From the IMG/VR virus record IMGVR_UViG_3300033463_000084: a stretch of 64,000 nucleotides of DNA. One strand, written 5' to 3'. The notes under the pieces were generated by a model. It was not told where the DNA came from. It saw only the letters and a program-made list of their open reading frames with translations, and searched no databases. The translations under genes and the position numbers were made by a program. Origin of the DNA: an uncultured virus (IMG/VR IMGVR_UViG_3300033463_000084). Lineage: Duplodnaviria; Heunggongvirae; Uroviricota; Caudoviricetes. Below are positions 8,749 to 18,044 of the stretch, piece after piece. Position 1 is the first letter of the stretch, and every line of letters starts with the position of its first letter.

Positions 8749-9075
8749 TTAGAAAATAAATTCTTGATACACAATTTTGTCGCCTTTGAAAAAGCGTTCA
8801 TAGTTGACATTTCCCCAATTTTGGCAAGCGTAGGTTTTGCTGGCGCGGTCGTAGCCGTTGCGCTCCTTTATCCACACTTGATTCTCTTTGGGGTATTCGA
8901 TTGGCGACAGTGTAAACCAGCCCTCCGGCTTAACATCGCGCAAGGCAACCGCTTTCAGCCCCAACGTGGCTAACAGTTTATAGTCGATAGGCTTTTTGGC
9001 CGCGCCCAATGTGCGTTTTACGGCTGGCTTGCGTGTCGAAGCCTTTTTTGCCGTGCGTTTTGTAGTTGTTCTCAT
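8749..9075 (-). CDS. Small basic protein with Lys/Arg-rich N-terminal tail ending KRTLG
   Basis: MRTTTKRTAKKASTRKPAVKRTLG followed by a small globular domain. Confidence 0.75.
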   Translation of the reverse strand: MRTTTKRTAKKASTRKPAVKRTLGAAKKPIDYKLLATLGLKAVALRDVKPEGWFTLSPIEYPKENQVWIKERNGYDRASKTYACQNWGNVNYERFFKGDKIVYQEFIF

Positions 9076-9081
9076 AGTTTG

Positions 9082-9687
9082 TTAACTTATGGTTATCGTT
9101 ATTCTTTGGCCGTTCTTGTGTGCCTTTTCCAGTTCTTTGTAAAGGGCCCAAAACGCGCTTGACGAATTGTTGACGGCTTCGCCGCTGCTTGCAATTCCCT
9201 CGGCAACAAGCAAACAGCCCTCGGTGTCTTTCGGGTAGTTTCCGATGTGCATTAAAACGCCCTCATATCCCGGAACATTCAGCAGTCGCGGTAGCTTGAA
9301 GCCGATTTTTGCATAGGTGCTGTTTTGCCCACGCGATTGGTACTTTGGCGATACGGTGTTCATATCAATAACGTATGTGCCAGCCGGTATGCAGGTTTCA
9401 CCAGCTACCTTTAGTTTTTTGATGGCTGCGAGTGGCATATCGGCAGTAAGCCCTCTATCCACATCTTCCAGCGTGTAACAAAAATGTTTGCCGTTGATGA
9501 AAAGCTCGCCAATGGTGCAGGTTTTGCTTTTCTTGAATCGTTTGACTGTAATTTTCATTTCGTCTCCAGTTGTTTGATAATTGAGAAATAGGTTGCGAAT
9601 CGCAAAATGTTTTTTGTAGATGATATACCCCAGCGCCAGCGTACCGACACTTGCGGCTGCGATAATGACTTTTGTCTTTGTTTCCAT
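9082..9687 (-). CDS. DUF5675-family endolysin-like protein with N-terminal TM (start corrected to METKTKVII)
   Basis: TIGELFINGKHFCYTLED, IPAGTY and HIGNYPKDTEGCLLV motifs; N-terminal IIAAASVGTLALGYIIY. Confidence 0.8.
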   Translation of the reverse strand: METKTKVIIAAASVGTLALGYIIYKKHFAIRNLFLNYQTTGDEMKITVKRFKKSKTCTIGELFINGKHFCYTLEDVDRGLTADMPLAAIKKLKVAGETCIPAGTYVIDMNTVSPKYQSRGQNSTYAKIGFKLPRLLNVPGYEGVLMHIGNYPKDTEGCLLVAEGIASSGEAVNNSSSAFWALYKELEKAHKNGQRITITIS

Positions 9688-9847
9688 ATCGTTTTTTTCT
9701 AAAAAAATCAACCAAAACGCGGATTTTGCCGCGAGAGTTGTAAAAACTGAAAATCGAGCTGGCTGTTTTTGGGTGCAAGAAACTACAACAAAGTGCAGTA
9801 AAGTACAACTAACTACAATATAAAACAACTGATTTTCAGAACGTTAC
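9685..9847 (-). promoter_or_regulatory. Conserved upstream element, copy 1 (paralog of 62193-62357)
   Basis: Reverse complement shares blocks GTAACGTTCTGAAAATCA, TGTTTTATATTGTAGTTAGTTGTA, CTGCACTTT, CGATTTTCAGTTTTTAC and CGCGGCAAAATCCGCGTTTTG with the second copy. Confidence 0.75.
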
Positions 9848-10203
9848 AACGGAACAATGTATATTTTTTTTGTTAGAAACAAAAACTTGTGCGATTGATG
9901 AAAAATGTGTTGCTGACAATAAGAAGCAAGGTTTTGTTTTCGGCTTTTCTTTAAGAGCGAATCTTGCCAGCGGCTATCAACAGTTGAGTGTTGATTATTT
10001 GTTTAAAAACGGCATTTTTGCGCCATATATCATTGATAATTAGTTGATTGAATATTTGTACCACAGCAAAAATACCGCCGCAAATTCATAACTAATTGAT
10101 AATCAATGATATAAAAATAGTTTTTTGCTACAAATTTAGAAAACTATTTGTAACATATTGATTTATATGGTATGATTGCAACCCAGCTGGTTCACTTTTT
10201 TTT

Positions 10204-10235
10204 GTGCCGTAGGCGTTCCCTGCGGCACTTTTTTT
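10204..10235 (+). terminator. Intrinsic terminator after the att core
   Basis: GTGCCGTAGG-CGTTC-CCTGCGGCAC followed by T7. Confidence 0.75.
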
Positions 10236-10310
10236 ATTCGTAACAGACTAAAAACCAATAATTTGTGTTGTAGCAAATAATTCCTGCCGATTTTCGTTTT
10301 TCCACTTTTG

Positions 10311-10350
10311 TAATTCCGTTAAATTCCGTCTAATTCCGTTAAATTCCATT
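10311..10350. repeat. Four tandem 10-bp repeats (WAATTCCRTY)
   Basis: taattccgtt aaattccgtc taattccgtt aaattccatt. Confidence 0.8.
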
Positions 10351-10659
10351 ATATTCGCTACGATTTTTTAAAAACTGACAACTGAAACACAAGTATTTAC
10401 AAAGAAATGATGGGTAATTTATTAAAAATCAGTAATTTATTTATTGCTACGGTGCAACGGCTTGTAAATTAGCAATTTACAAAACGGACGCTTCCGCAAA
10501 ACACGCCCAAAAGGGGTTTTTGAGGTTTTGTAGCAAACAATTTCAGCCGCAAAAGCCTTAAAAACAGCGTTTTGGCGACTGCTGTCCGCAAACAGCGTTG
10601 TAGCAAACAATCGTTTTTCAAATAACTATATAACAACATTTTAACTAAAATCTATCATT

Positions 10660-11889
10660 ATGGCAAGGCCGAGGATAAACAAAGATGAGAGGGTCGCCCA
10701 AAAAGCGCGGTTTGACATCATTCACTCGCGGCGCGGCGACAACAAGTTGGAGCTGCTAATCAATTTTGGGTACTCGACGCGGCGGTATGTGGCGGCAAAA
10801 ATTGAGGTTCCGAAATCCGCGTGGAACGCCGAGACGCAAACGGTGGTGCAGCAATACCCGAACAGCGACAAGATAAACCTATACCTGCTCCAACTGAAAA
10901 GCAAATACGAGGCCGTGGAGCTTGACTGTATGGCAAAGGGTATTCCGTTCAGCCCCGAATCGCTCAATATGGGGCTGAAAATAGGCAGCGGCAGCGTTGT
11001 GGCGTACTGTCGGGAGAAAATCGACATCGACATAAGGCGCAACCTCTACGCGCCCGGAACGGTGAAGCACTATATGACATTCTGCAATGTGCTTGAGCGG
11101 TTTGAAAGGCAGATGGACATTCTGCTGACATTCGACATTCTCAACAAGGATATGCTGGTTCAGCTCGACATATTCTACAAGGGCATATATACAAGTTTTG
11201 AGACCGTGAGGAAGCAGTTTGTATATCTGCGCAAGTTTGCGAGGCTTGCCAAAGACGAGGGGCTTTTGAGCCACGACCCATTTGCCGGTTTCAAGGTTGA
11301 AAAGGGCAGGGAGACAAAGCAGACCGTGCGCGACGCACTGAAATTTGATGAGCTGCGGCGGCTGGAGCAAATAGCCGCTGACGGCTGGCTCGACGAAAAC
11401 ACGCAGTTGGTTCTCGACCGATTCCTGCTGTCGTGCTACACCGGCCTCCGAATTTCGGACAACGCCGACTTGCGCCGCACCGACATCACCTACGACGAAA
11501 ACGGCCACTTGGTTATTGACCGTATCACGCTTAAAACCGGGATAAGAGTATTGCTGCCTCTGCACTATCTTTTTGACGGAAAAGGCGAGGAGATTGTGAA
11601 GAAATACTTGGATAATAACAAGTATGGTAGTCCTTATGTTTTTCCTCAAATAAGCGACCAAAAGACAAACGCGAAGCTGAAGCTGCTTGCCGCAGCCGCG
11701 CAAATCCGCAACTTGGGGCTGTCGTTCCATATTGCCCGGCACACTTGCGCCACAATGCTTGCCGAAAAGACTGGCAACCCATATACCATTATGCAGCTGT
11801 TAGGCCACGCGGACATTAAAATATCAATGACCTACATTCACAACAGCTACGCGACAGTGGTAAATAGCCTCATTGGTATCAAGTGGTAG
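10660..11889 (+). CDS. int: Tyrosine recombinase (integrase), Bacteroidota type with arm-binding and SAM-like domains
   Basis: YTGLRISD (Arg), SFHIARHTCAT (HxxR), LLGHADIKISMTY (His, Tyr). Confidence 0.95.
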   Translation: MARPRINKDERVAQKARFDIIHSRRGDNKLELLINFGYSTRRYVAAKIEVPKSAWNAETQTVVQQYPNSDKINLYLLQLKSKYEAVELDCMAKGIPFSPESLNMGLKIGSGSVVAYCREKIDIDIRRNLYAPGTVKHYMTFCNVLERFERQMDILLTFDILNKDMLVQLDIFYKGIYTSFETVRKQFVYLRKFARLAKDEGLLSHDPFAGFKVEKGRETKQTVRDALKFDELRRLEQIAADGWLDENTQLVLDRFLLSCYTGLRISDNADLRRTDITYDENGHLVIDRITLKTGIRVLLPLHYLFDGKGEEIVKKYLDNNKYGSPYVFPQISDQKTNAKLKLLAAAAQIRNLGLSFHIARHTCATMLAEKTGNPYTIMQLLGHADIKISMTYIHNSYATVVNSLIGIKW

Positions 11890-11970
11890 TTGCCAATTCC
11901 TGCTAATTCTTTCCAATTTAGCAAGAATTGGGAAAAACTGGAAAGATTTTTTAGTGCCATTTTTAATAGG

Positions 11971-12041
11971 TATATTTGTGGCAAATTCTATACATATAAT
12001 TTCATTTTGAAAGGCCGCGTTGTGAAATGCCGCCTTTTTTT
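11971..12041 (+). ncRNA. Possible short RNA or integrase terminator
   Basis: TATATTTG box at 11971, then an imperfect hairpin AGGCCGCGTTGTGAAATGCCGCCT and a T run. Confidence 0.35.
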
Positions 12042-12188
12042 GCATAAACCGTATAAAAAGTTTATTTTTGCATAAAAATTATTGCTAATCATAATGGGCA
12101 TACCCTTAATGGTTGTGGCAAATGATTTTTCCAAGCTCAAAAACTCAAAAGGCCGGCGAAGCATAGTACCCGGCCTTTGTTGTTTATA

Positions 12189-12221
12189 ACAAGCAAGCCG
12201 CACCATTCCGGCGCGGCTTGC
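12189..12221 (-). terminator. Terminator hairpin ending the morphogenesis operon
   Basis: GCAAGCCGCACC / GGCGCGGCTTGC stem just downstream of the stop at 12253. Confidence 0.6.
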
Positions 12222-12252
12222 AACACACAAAACAAATTATGAAATACACATC

Positions 12253-12525
12253 TTAATCAAACTCAAAGTCCTCGGTCGGCTTGTAGGTTAAATCTTCGTG
12301 GCCGTTCCACGCTTGGTTGTAGGCGCGGCTTCCGTTGGCCGTGAAGATTGTTTGCAGACCGTCGCTGGTTGTCTCAATCTTCTTGATGAGCCACTTTTTG
12401 TCGCCGTAGCCCTTGCAGTCGGGCGTGCAGTAGCCGACATACATTAGATTGTCGTTCTTTGTCTCAACAACTTGCGGGCTTCTGCCCTCGTCGCTGATTG
12501 CTAAAATGAATGGTAATGCGTTCAT
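12253..12525 (-). CDS. Small structural protein, paralog of 23974..24351
   Basis: RSPQVVET...YVGYCTPDCKGYGDKKWLIKKI...ANGSRAYNQAW. Confidence 0.8.
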   Translation of the reverse strand: MNALPFILAISDEGRSPQVVETKNDNLMYVGYCTPDCKGYGDKKWLIKKIETTSDGLQTIFTANGSRAYNQAWNGHEDLTYKPTEDFEFD

Positions 12526-12544
12526 AGTTATTTGATTTTAAAGG

Positions 12545-14110
12545 TTAATATCCACCATAATAAGATTCTTCTTTCGCCGCCGCCAAAACATCGGGGTCGG
12601 TTGCGTACTGGTTGTTAATTATATTAGTGCCGACGCCGCCTTTAATCCAGTTTTGGTTGTTTGGAAAATAATCGTTCTGCTTCGCGGTCTCAAAGTCCGC
12701 AATATTTATGCCGTTAGCTTTAACCCACGCGCCGCCGCCTTGTGTGGTTTGTAATGAATAGCACCTTGTAAGGGTAGGTTCGGAATCACCAGCCCAATAA
12801 CTTATACAACCAGTATAGGGCGCTTTTTGGTTCAAGTCGAGAATGTCGGTTACGTTTTTCGGTTTTGTGCCGTCCGAAATATGCACACACACACGAAGCC
12901 GAGAATCGCCATTCACAAGGATACACTTGCTGAAAACACCATTTACGAACAAATCCGGGTTGTTAACTTTTGGCGTGTCCGTAAGCGAAAAGGCTGTCCT
13001 AATAGCGTAATTTTGAGCTGTCTCCATAGATTCTAACTTGCCTATTGAGATGGTTCTTGTCGCATTGCTGATAGAGTATGCGGATATACCACCAGTGTTT
13101 TTTTTCGCATAAGCATAACCGCAAACGAAAACGTCCTTTATCGTTACTTTGTGTCCGGGCTTTGCCGTGGTGTCCCCATAATAAGTTGCGTTGCTGTGAA
13201 GAAGCAACGAGGCTTGCTGGGTTGTTGATATTACTTGAACCTTTGCCTTCACTCTTTCTATTGTGGAATACGTTGCTATCGCGACAACACCGCCGACTTG
13301 AATAGAGCTTGTTATACTGCCAGTAACGTTCAAATTCACTATTTTAGCACCTCTAATATTACCGAACACTCCACCATTCCTGCGTTTGGTTGCCGTTTCG
13401 GGGTGTGTGCCGCTTAACGTTATAGTGTTATCAGCTCCATCAAAAACACCCATAAAAAACCTTTCCAACGAGCGGTTTTCCGAATCGTAAAAACCTATGG
13501 AGTAGTCGGCTGTATTGTAGTTAAAGGTTAGGTTGCAATCAAGTCTAAACCTCTTATTGGCGCAGCCAGTGGTGGCGTTGAGATAATAATAGGATTCTTG
13601 ACCCTCGTTAATGGCGGTTTTCAATAACAGCCAGTCGCTGATATTGCGAATAACAAAGTTAGCCGGTGCGTAGGTGCAGTTAACATCGAAATAAATTGTT
13701 TTATTGGAAACGCCATTGCCGTTGATTGTCGCACTTATACGAATGTCGCGGCGTTGTATGTTACGCAGAATGTTCAAGTGCATTTTTTCGGAGCTTGCAC
13801 CAGTCGAGCAGGAAACGTTTTGGCTGTTTGCCGTCCACGAAATCGAGTAGCCGCCCGACACATTTGCGTCGTTTGTAACTCTATCGCTCACAAGCGTCAT
13901 TGTCTGCTTGTCAAGTATGCTGTAAACGCCAGCACGGACATCTCCGTCGATGGTGTCAGCACCAACTATAATAAACCGACTGTCGGGCGTGAATGGTGTC
14001 AGCGCCTCGTCCGCGTATGGCGTGGCGGTGTTAACCGGCTCGTCAATAAGTGGATAAATCGACGCTGGCTGTTGGCTCACCTTGCTTGCTATTAGCAGAT
14101 TTCTAAACAT
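12545..14110 (-). CDS. Adhesin/spike-like protein with GLUG-like beta-helix region
   Basis: FMGVFDGADNTITL...GGVFGNIRGAKIVNLNVTGSI...VGGVV pattern. Confidence 0.6.
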   Translation of the reverse strand: MFRNLLIASKVSQQPASIYPLIDEPVNTATPYADEALTPFTPDSRFIIVGADTIDGDVRAGVYSILDKQTMTLVSDRVTNDANVSGGYSISWTANSQNVSCSTGASSEKMHLNILRNIQRRDIRISATINGNGVSNKTIYFDVNCTYAPANFVIRNISDWLLLKTAINEGQESYYYLNATTGCANKRFRLDCNLTFNYNTADYSIGFYDSENRSLERFFMGVFDGADNTITLSGTHPETATKRRNGGVFGNIRGAKIVNLNVTGSITSSIQVGGVVAIATYSTIERVKAKVQVISTTQQASLLLHSNATYYGDTTAKPGHKVTIKDVFVCGYAYAKKNTGGISAYSISNATRTISIGKLESMETAQNYAIRTAFSLTDTPKVNNPDLFVNGVFSKCILVNGDSRLRVCVHISDGTKPKNVTDILDLNQKAPYTGCISYWAGDSEPTLTRCYSLQTTQGGGAWVKANGINIADFETAKQNDYFPNNQNWIKGGVGTNIINNQYATDPDVLAAAKEESYYGGY

Positions 14111-14113
14111 AAC

Positions 14114-14581
14114 TTACTGGTAATTATTGACTTTGCCGAAAACAACAACGCCTTTAAAATAACTCATAATGTAGGTCTCGCCGTCGGCAAATGTTGGTTT
14201 CTCGCCCACCATTTGAACGCCCTGCGGTAATGTGAGTGTAAAATTGCTGCCCGATACCGTAAATTTAATATTTGCCTCTTGCGACCCGTCAACAATGTTT
14301 GTTACAGCCAGTGCCACAACCGCCGCTGGGAGCGTATAGTTCACACCCGATTCAAGAGTGCCGTCGAAGGTGTTTTTGTCAATCATTCCGAGCAGCACCA
14401 CCCAGCCGTCGTTAGTGTAGCGGTAAATCTTATCGTCAGCCTGCTGATAGCAGATAGAGCCAACGGTTACAAACCCCTCGCCAGTAGCCGCGTTGTGAAC
14501 GGGTAGCGCAAGCCGCGCCTCTGCGTTGGGAACGGAAAAAAACTGTCCGTCAATGTCTTTTGTATTCAATCTCTTTTTCAT
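14114..14581 (-). CDS. Fibre-associated structural protein (start corrected to MKKRLNTK)
   Basis: N-terminal EARLALP...VGSICYQQADDKIYRY module; C-terminal LTLPQGV...KPTFADGETYIMS beta domain. Confidence 0.65.
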   Translation of the reverse strand: MKKRLNTKDIDGQFFSVPNAEARLALPVHNAATGEGFVTVGSICYQQADDKIYRYTNDGWVVLLGMIDKNTFDGTLESGVNYTLPAAVVALAVTNIVDGSQEANIKFTVSGSNFTLTLPQGVQMVGEKPTFADGETYIMSYFKGVVVFGKVNNYQ

Positions 14582-14585
14582 AATC

Positions 14586-14783
14586 TCATTCTTCTTCGCT
14601 GTCTGCCAATTTCTTTTTTTCGGCGGCAAGCCATTGTTCGTAATTCTCTTTGTATTGGTCAGTTACCATTTCAAACTCTGCCAGCGATTGCTCATCGCCA
14701 GTCAGCCGTGTGAAAAATGTGCGCTGCTTTGGGTTGGCCGGCTTTTTTGTCAGCCAAAATCCATCTTGTGCAATTCTCTCCAT
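14586..14783 (-). CDS. Small fibre-associated protein
   Basis: 65 aa ORF tiling between fibre genes (RIAQDGFWLT). Confidence 0.6.
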   Translation of the reverse strand: MERIAQDGFWLTKKPANPKQRTFFTRLTGDEQSLAEFEMVTDQYKENYEQWLAAEKKKLADSEEE

Positions 14784-14794
14784 AATCTATTATT

Positions 14795-17700
14795 TTAAGG
14801 TTCCATTGGTTCGTCCATTGGTTCGTCCATCGGCTCGTCCATCGGGTCGGGGTCGTCCATTCCGTAATTCGGGTCATAGTCGGGGTCTTGCTGGCCGCAG
14901 CGTGTGCAGTAGCCGTCTTGATAGTCGTGTCCTAAATCATCACACTCATTATAGTCGGGGTCGGTTGCTCCACAGCGTGTGCAAGTGCCGTGCTGGTAGT
15001 CGTGGCCGTATGCGTCGCACTCGTTCCAGTCGGGGTCGGGTTCGCCGCAGCGCGTGCAGTAGCCGTCTTGGTAATTATGTCCTAAATCGGCGCACTCATC
15101 ATAATCGGGGTCGGGCTGGCCGCAGCGCGTGCAGTAGCCGTGTTCGTAATTATGGCCGTCTATGCAGGGGTTATATTCGGGGTCGGGTTCGCCGCAGCGC
15201 GTGCAAGTGCCGTCAACAAAATTGTGTCCTAAATCGGCGCACTCATCATAATCGGGGTCTATTGCACCGCAGTAGATACATTCGCCGTGTTCGTAAACGT
15301 GAACGTGGGCGTGGTGCGTAGTGGTGTATTGTGCTTCAAAGCTCAAATCCTCGTCGGGCATTGTTGCAGGAACGCTCGGCGACCAGCCGTTAAAGTGGTA
15401 TTCATTATAGCCGTCGGGGTTGGTGCTGTCGCCATCAACGCTGTCAACCACAGTTGGCGGTGTAATAGTGCCGCCGTATGCAACCGCAATTTGTCCGCTC
15501 GCGGTCGGTTGGCCGTCCGAATCACGGTACGAGAATTGAACGTAGTGCGTGTTGGCCGTCCATTGTGCTGTAAATTCAAGGTCGGCGCTGCCTATTGTGG
15601 CAGGAACGCTCGGCGACCAGCCGCTTAACGTATAACCATATTTAGTAGGGGCTGGTGCGGTTATGGCCGCGCCATATAAAAGAGGAAGAATCACATCGGC
15701 CTCGCCGTTGTCGAGATGAAATGTCGCGGTGTGTACCAGCAGTTCCAAGTCGCCGATTGTAACTCTAATATTTTCCTCGGTCAATTTGCTGTCAATAGCT
15801 GAAATAACATCGGTATCGGCCTTAACCGCGTCGTAAGTGCTATCGGAAAGTATGATGGTAACATCGGCAGTGGCGGCGTTTATCAAATTAAGCACGCTCT
15901 GCTTTGTCAACGGACAATCCTCAAATGATATTGCTTCGACATTCAGCGCGTCAATCTCAATGTTGGCAAGACTGGTGCAGCCACGCACGATATTAGCAAC
16001 ATTAGTGCCTCTCGGTATCGACGGCATTTTGAATGTTGTTAGAGCAGTGCAGTAACTGATGAAATTGCTAAAGCCGTAGTCGGCCAAATCTGCATTTTCG
16101 GGGTCGATTGTCCACTTGCGTAAATCGCCGATATTTATCAAGTATGGATTGTTTGCCGCGAAGCCGTTAAACCGTCCAGCGCTGCTTACGTTCCAATTTT
16201 CGACGAACGACAAGTCGGTTTTTGGGTCAACAATCTTGCGGCGTATGATAGCAAGGTTTTCTTCCTCGATTGCGCGGAGTTGCGCGTCGGTCAGTACGTT
16301 ATATTTTGCACGAATGTTGTTCTCCGCTATTTTGTAAATATCCGTGTCGATTCGGGTGTATAGCTGCATAGTTGGCATACCGTCCTGCGGGAAATTTTCG
16401 ATTATGAAATAGGCAAACATAAAACGGAAATTGGTGCAATTACCAACGTTCCATTTCCATAGCGAGTGCAGAGTGTTGTCGCCAATGCACAGCGTTGAAT
16501 CAAATGTGCCGTTCATAGCCGCAACGTTGGAAACATTCCAGTTGCCTATTTCCGATGAAATACCGCGCAGTTTGAAGCAGGCGCGGAACATATTTTTAAT
16601 CGTGTGGTGTTCAACGTTCCATTTGCCTATATCGCCCACAAATTCGAGGCAGTGGTTGAAACTGAACAATTCTTCCAGCTTTGTTACCTTACTAATGTCA
16701 AGTCGTGTAAGGTCGCCGTAGGTGCGGACAAAATAATTGGTTGAAAGCCCCAGCTTGCAACCGTAGTTGGCTTTGCTCAACGCTGCCGAAAGAGTTGCGA
16801 AGCTGCCCATTGATTCGCCCTTGTAGGCGCTGACAATGCGGTCGAAATAGCCCATATTGTTGTCAGCGTACTTTATTTTTGTAAAGTCGAGCTTGTGGAT
16901 TCCTTTGAACAAATATAACGGGTCAACGTTCAATATGGCCTTGTTGATACTTGAGTTAACGCCCATTTGACTAAAAATGGCGTAGTATTTGGTTATCTTC
17001 GACATATCCCAATTAGCCATATAGCAATAACCGATAATGTGTTCGGGGTCGATTGAGTAGTGCGTATCGTCTATAACATTCCAAGTTGACATCATTAGCC
17101 CGAATGTGTTGTCGCCCGACAAGTTGCCTAATGAATAGACGGCCTTTGTGTGCTGGTCGGATAGCGTGTATTCGTGCGTTCCTGCGGCATACATAGAGCC
17201 GCATTGTGGGTTGCGTGCCCAATAAACAATCTCACCGTCGTAGTTTTCGGTTACTGCGTAGCCGTTCTTCGATTTAACATCAACATCGGAATAATCAACG
17301 TATGAATAAACCGTTTTAACGCTTGATATTGAGCTGGCTGTTATATATGGAGCGTTAATCTGCAACGATATGATAATCGTGTCAGCAACATTGCCGACAA
17401 GCGTATCGTTGCAGTAAACATTAAGGCTTTGGCCGCTCCTAACCACTTTTATAGCGGTTGTTTCCAAATCGCCGACAACGTGAGAGTTACCCAAACTAAT
17501 TATTTGACCGTTCACAACGATTGTGTCAGCGTCGGTTGTTGAATACGTGCCAGTGTAGGAGAGTGCCGCCTCTTGGCAGAAATAACTCCTATCGTGGTCG
17601 GGCAGAATGTCTTTTTTCCATACACCATCGGTAAATGATTGTGCAGCGAAAATGATTTCCTCGCGCCGGTCGCCCTTTATGGCGTTTTCAAGATTTTCAA

Positions 17701-18031
17701 CTTTCATCTGCAAGGCTGTCAGCGCTTCGATATAACTGCGCTGTGCAGCAACCGACGATTCAATTTGGTCTAATTCGTTGGCGGTTGGCACAACAATCCA
17801 CTCGCGGCCATCGTACTTGTAAGTTGTATCGGTAGCCTCGACATAAACGGTCGAACCAGCTTTGATAATGCCGTCCTGCACAACAGCTCCATTCTCAACA
17901 ATAAGTTTAGGCAGCGCGTCGCGTTCTGCAATCGTTCCGACGGTGCAATGACCGCCTTGTATGTTGTTGGCGTTAAGCAGGTGTTTGCTTGCCATTCCAG
18001 CCTCTAATGTTTGATATATTTTGTAGCCCAT
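14795..18031 (-). CDS. Receptor-binding/spike-like protein with DUF285/BspA-type LRRs, InlB-B-like repeats and C-terminal Cys/His repeats
   Basis: IGKWNVE..MFRAC, IGNWNVSNV..MNGTF and WNVGNCTNFRFMF repeats; APTKYGYTLSGWSPSVP repeats; six CxxCG repeats and a PMDE tail. Confidence 0.75.
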   Translation of the reverse strand: MGYKIYQTLEAGMASKHLLNANNIQGGHCTVGTIAERDALPKLIVENGAVVQDGIIKAGSTVYVEATDTTYKYDGREWIVVPTANELDQIESSVAAQRSYIEALTALQMKVENLENAIKGDRREEIIFAAQSFTDGVWKKDILPDHDRSYFCQEAALSYTGTYSTTDADTIVVNGQIISLGNSHVVGDLETTAIKVVRSGQSLNVYCNDTLVGNVADTIIISLQINAPYITASSISSVKTVYSYVDYSDVDVKSKNGYAVTENYDGEIVYWARNPQCGSMYAAGTHEYTLSDQHTKAVYSLGNLSGDNTFGLMMSTWNVIDDTHYSIDPEHIIGYCYMANWDMSKITKYYAIFSQMGVNSSINKAILNVDPLYLFKGIHKLDFTKIKYADNNMGYFDRIVSAYKGESMGSFATLSAALSKANYGCKLGLSTNYFVRTYGDLTRLDISKVTKLEELFSFNHCLEFVGDIGKWNVEHHTIKNMFRACFKLRGISSEIGNWNVSNVAAMNGTFDSTLCIGDNTLHSLWKWNVGNCTNFRFMFAYFIIENFPQDGMPTMQLYTRIDTDIYKIAENNIRAKYNVLTDAQLRAIEEENLAIIRRKIVDPKTDLSFVENWNVSSAGRFNGFAANNPYLINIGDLRKWTIDPENADLADYGFSNFISYCTALTTFKMPSIPRGTNVANIVRGCTSLANIEIDALNVEAISFEDCPLTKQSVLNLINAATADVTIILSDSTYDAVKADTDVISAIDSKLTEENIRVTIGDLELLVHTATFHLDNGEADVILPLLYGAAITAPAPTKYGYTLSGWSPSVPATIGSADLEFTAQWTANTHYVQFSYRDSDGQPTASGQIAVAYGGTITPPTVVDSVDGDSTNPDGYNEYHFNGWSPSVPATMPDEDLSFEAQYTTTHHAHVHVYEHGECIYCGAIDPDYDECADLGHNFVDGTCTRCGEPDPEYNPCIDGHNYEHGYCTRCGQPDPDYDECADLGHNYQDGYCTRCGEPDPDWNECDAYGHDYQHGTCTRCGATDPDYNECDDLGHDYQDGYCTRCGQQDPDYDPNYGMDDPDPMDEPMDEPMDEPMEP
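14800..15300 (-). repeat. Tandem coding repeats: about 60-bp GHxYxxGxCTRCGxxDPDY units and 12-bp PMDE units
   Basis: Visible in the translation and as near-identical DNA units (cgcagcgcgtgcagtagccg; ccattggttcgt). Confidence 0.9.
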
Positions 18032-18044
18032 AGTTTTATGTTTT

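Larger units (their letters stand above)
10124..10611. other. attP-like integration site with arm-type repeats and a tRNA-3'-like core
   Basis: TTGTAGCAAA at 10268, 10528 and 10598, inverted copy at 10124-10133; core CCCAGCTGGTTCAC 10182-10195 followed by a terminator; directly upstream of the integrase. Confidence 0.65.

Noticed and set aside
10170..10200. Intact tRNA gene
   Set aside because: Only a short 3'-end-like fragment is present; no D arm, anticodon arm or TTCG loop
10879..11742. 287-aa minus-strand ORF
   Set aside because: Antisense shadow of the integrase with no recognisable motifs
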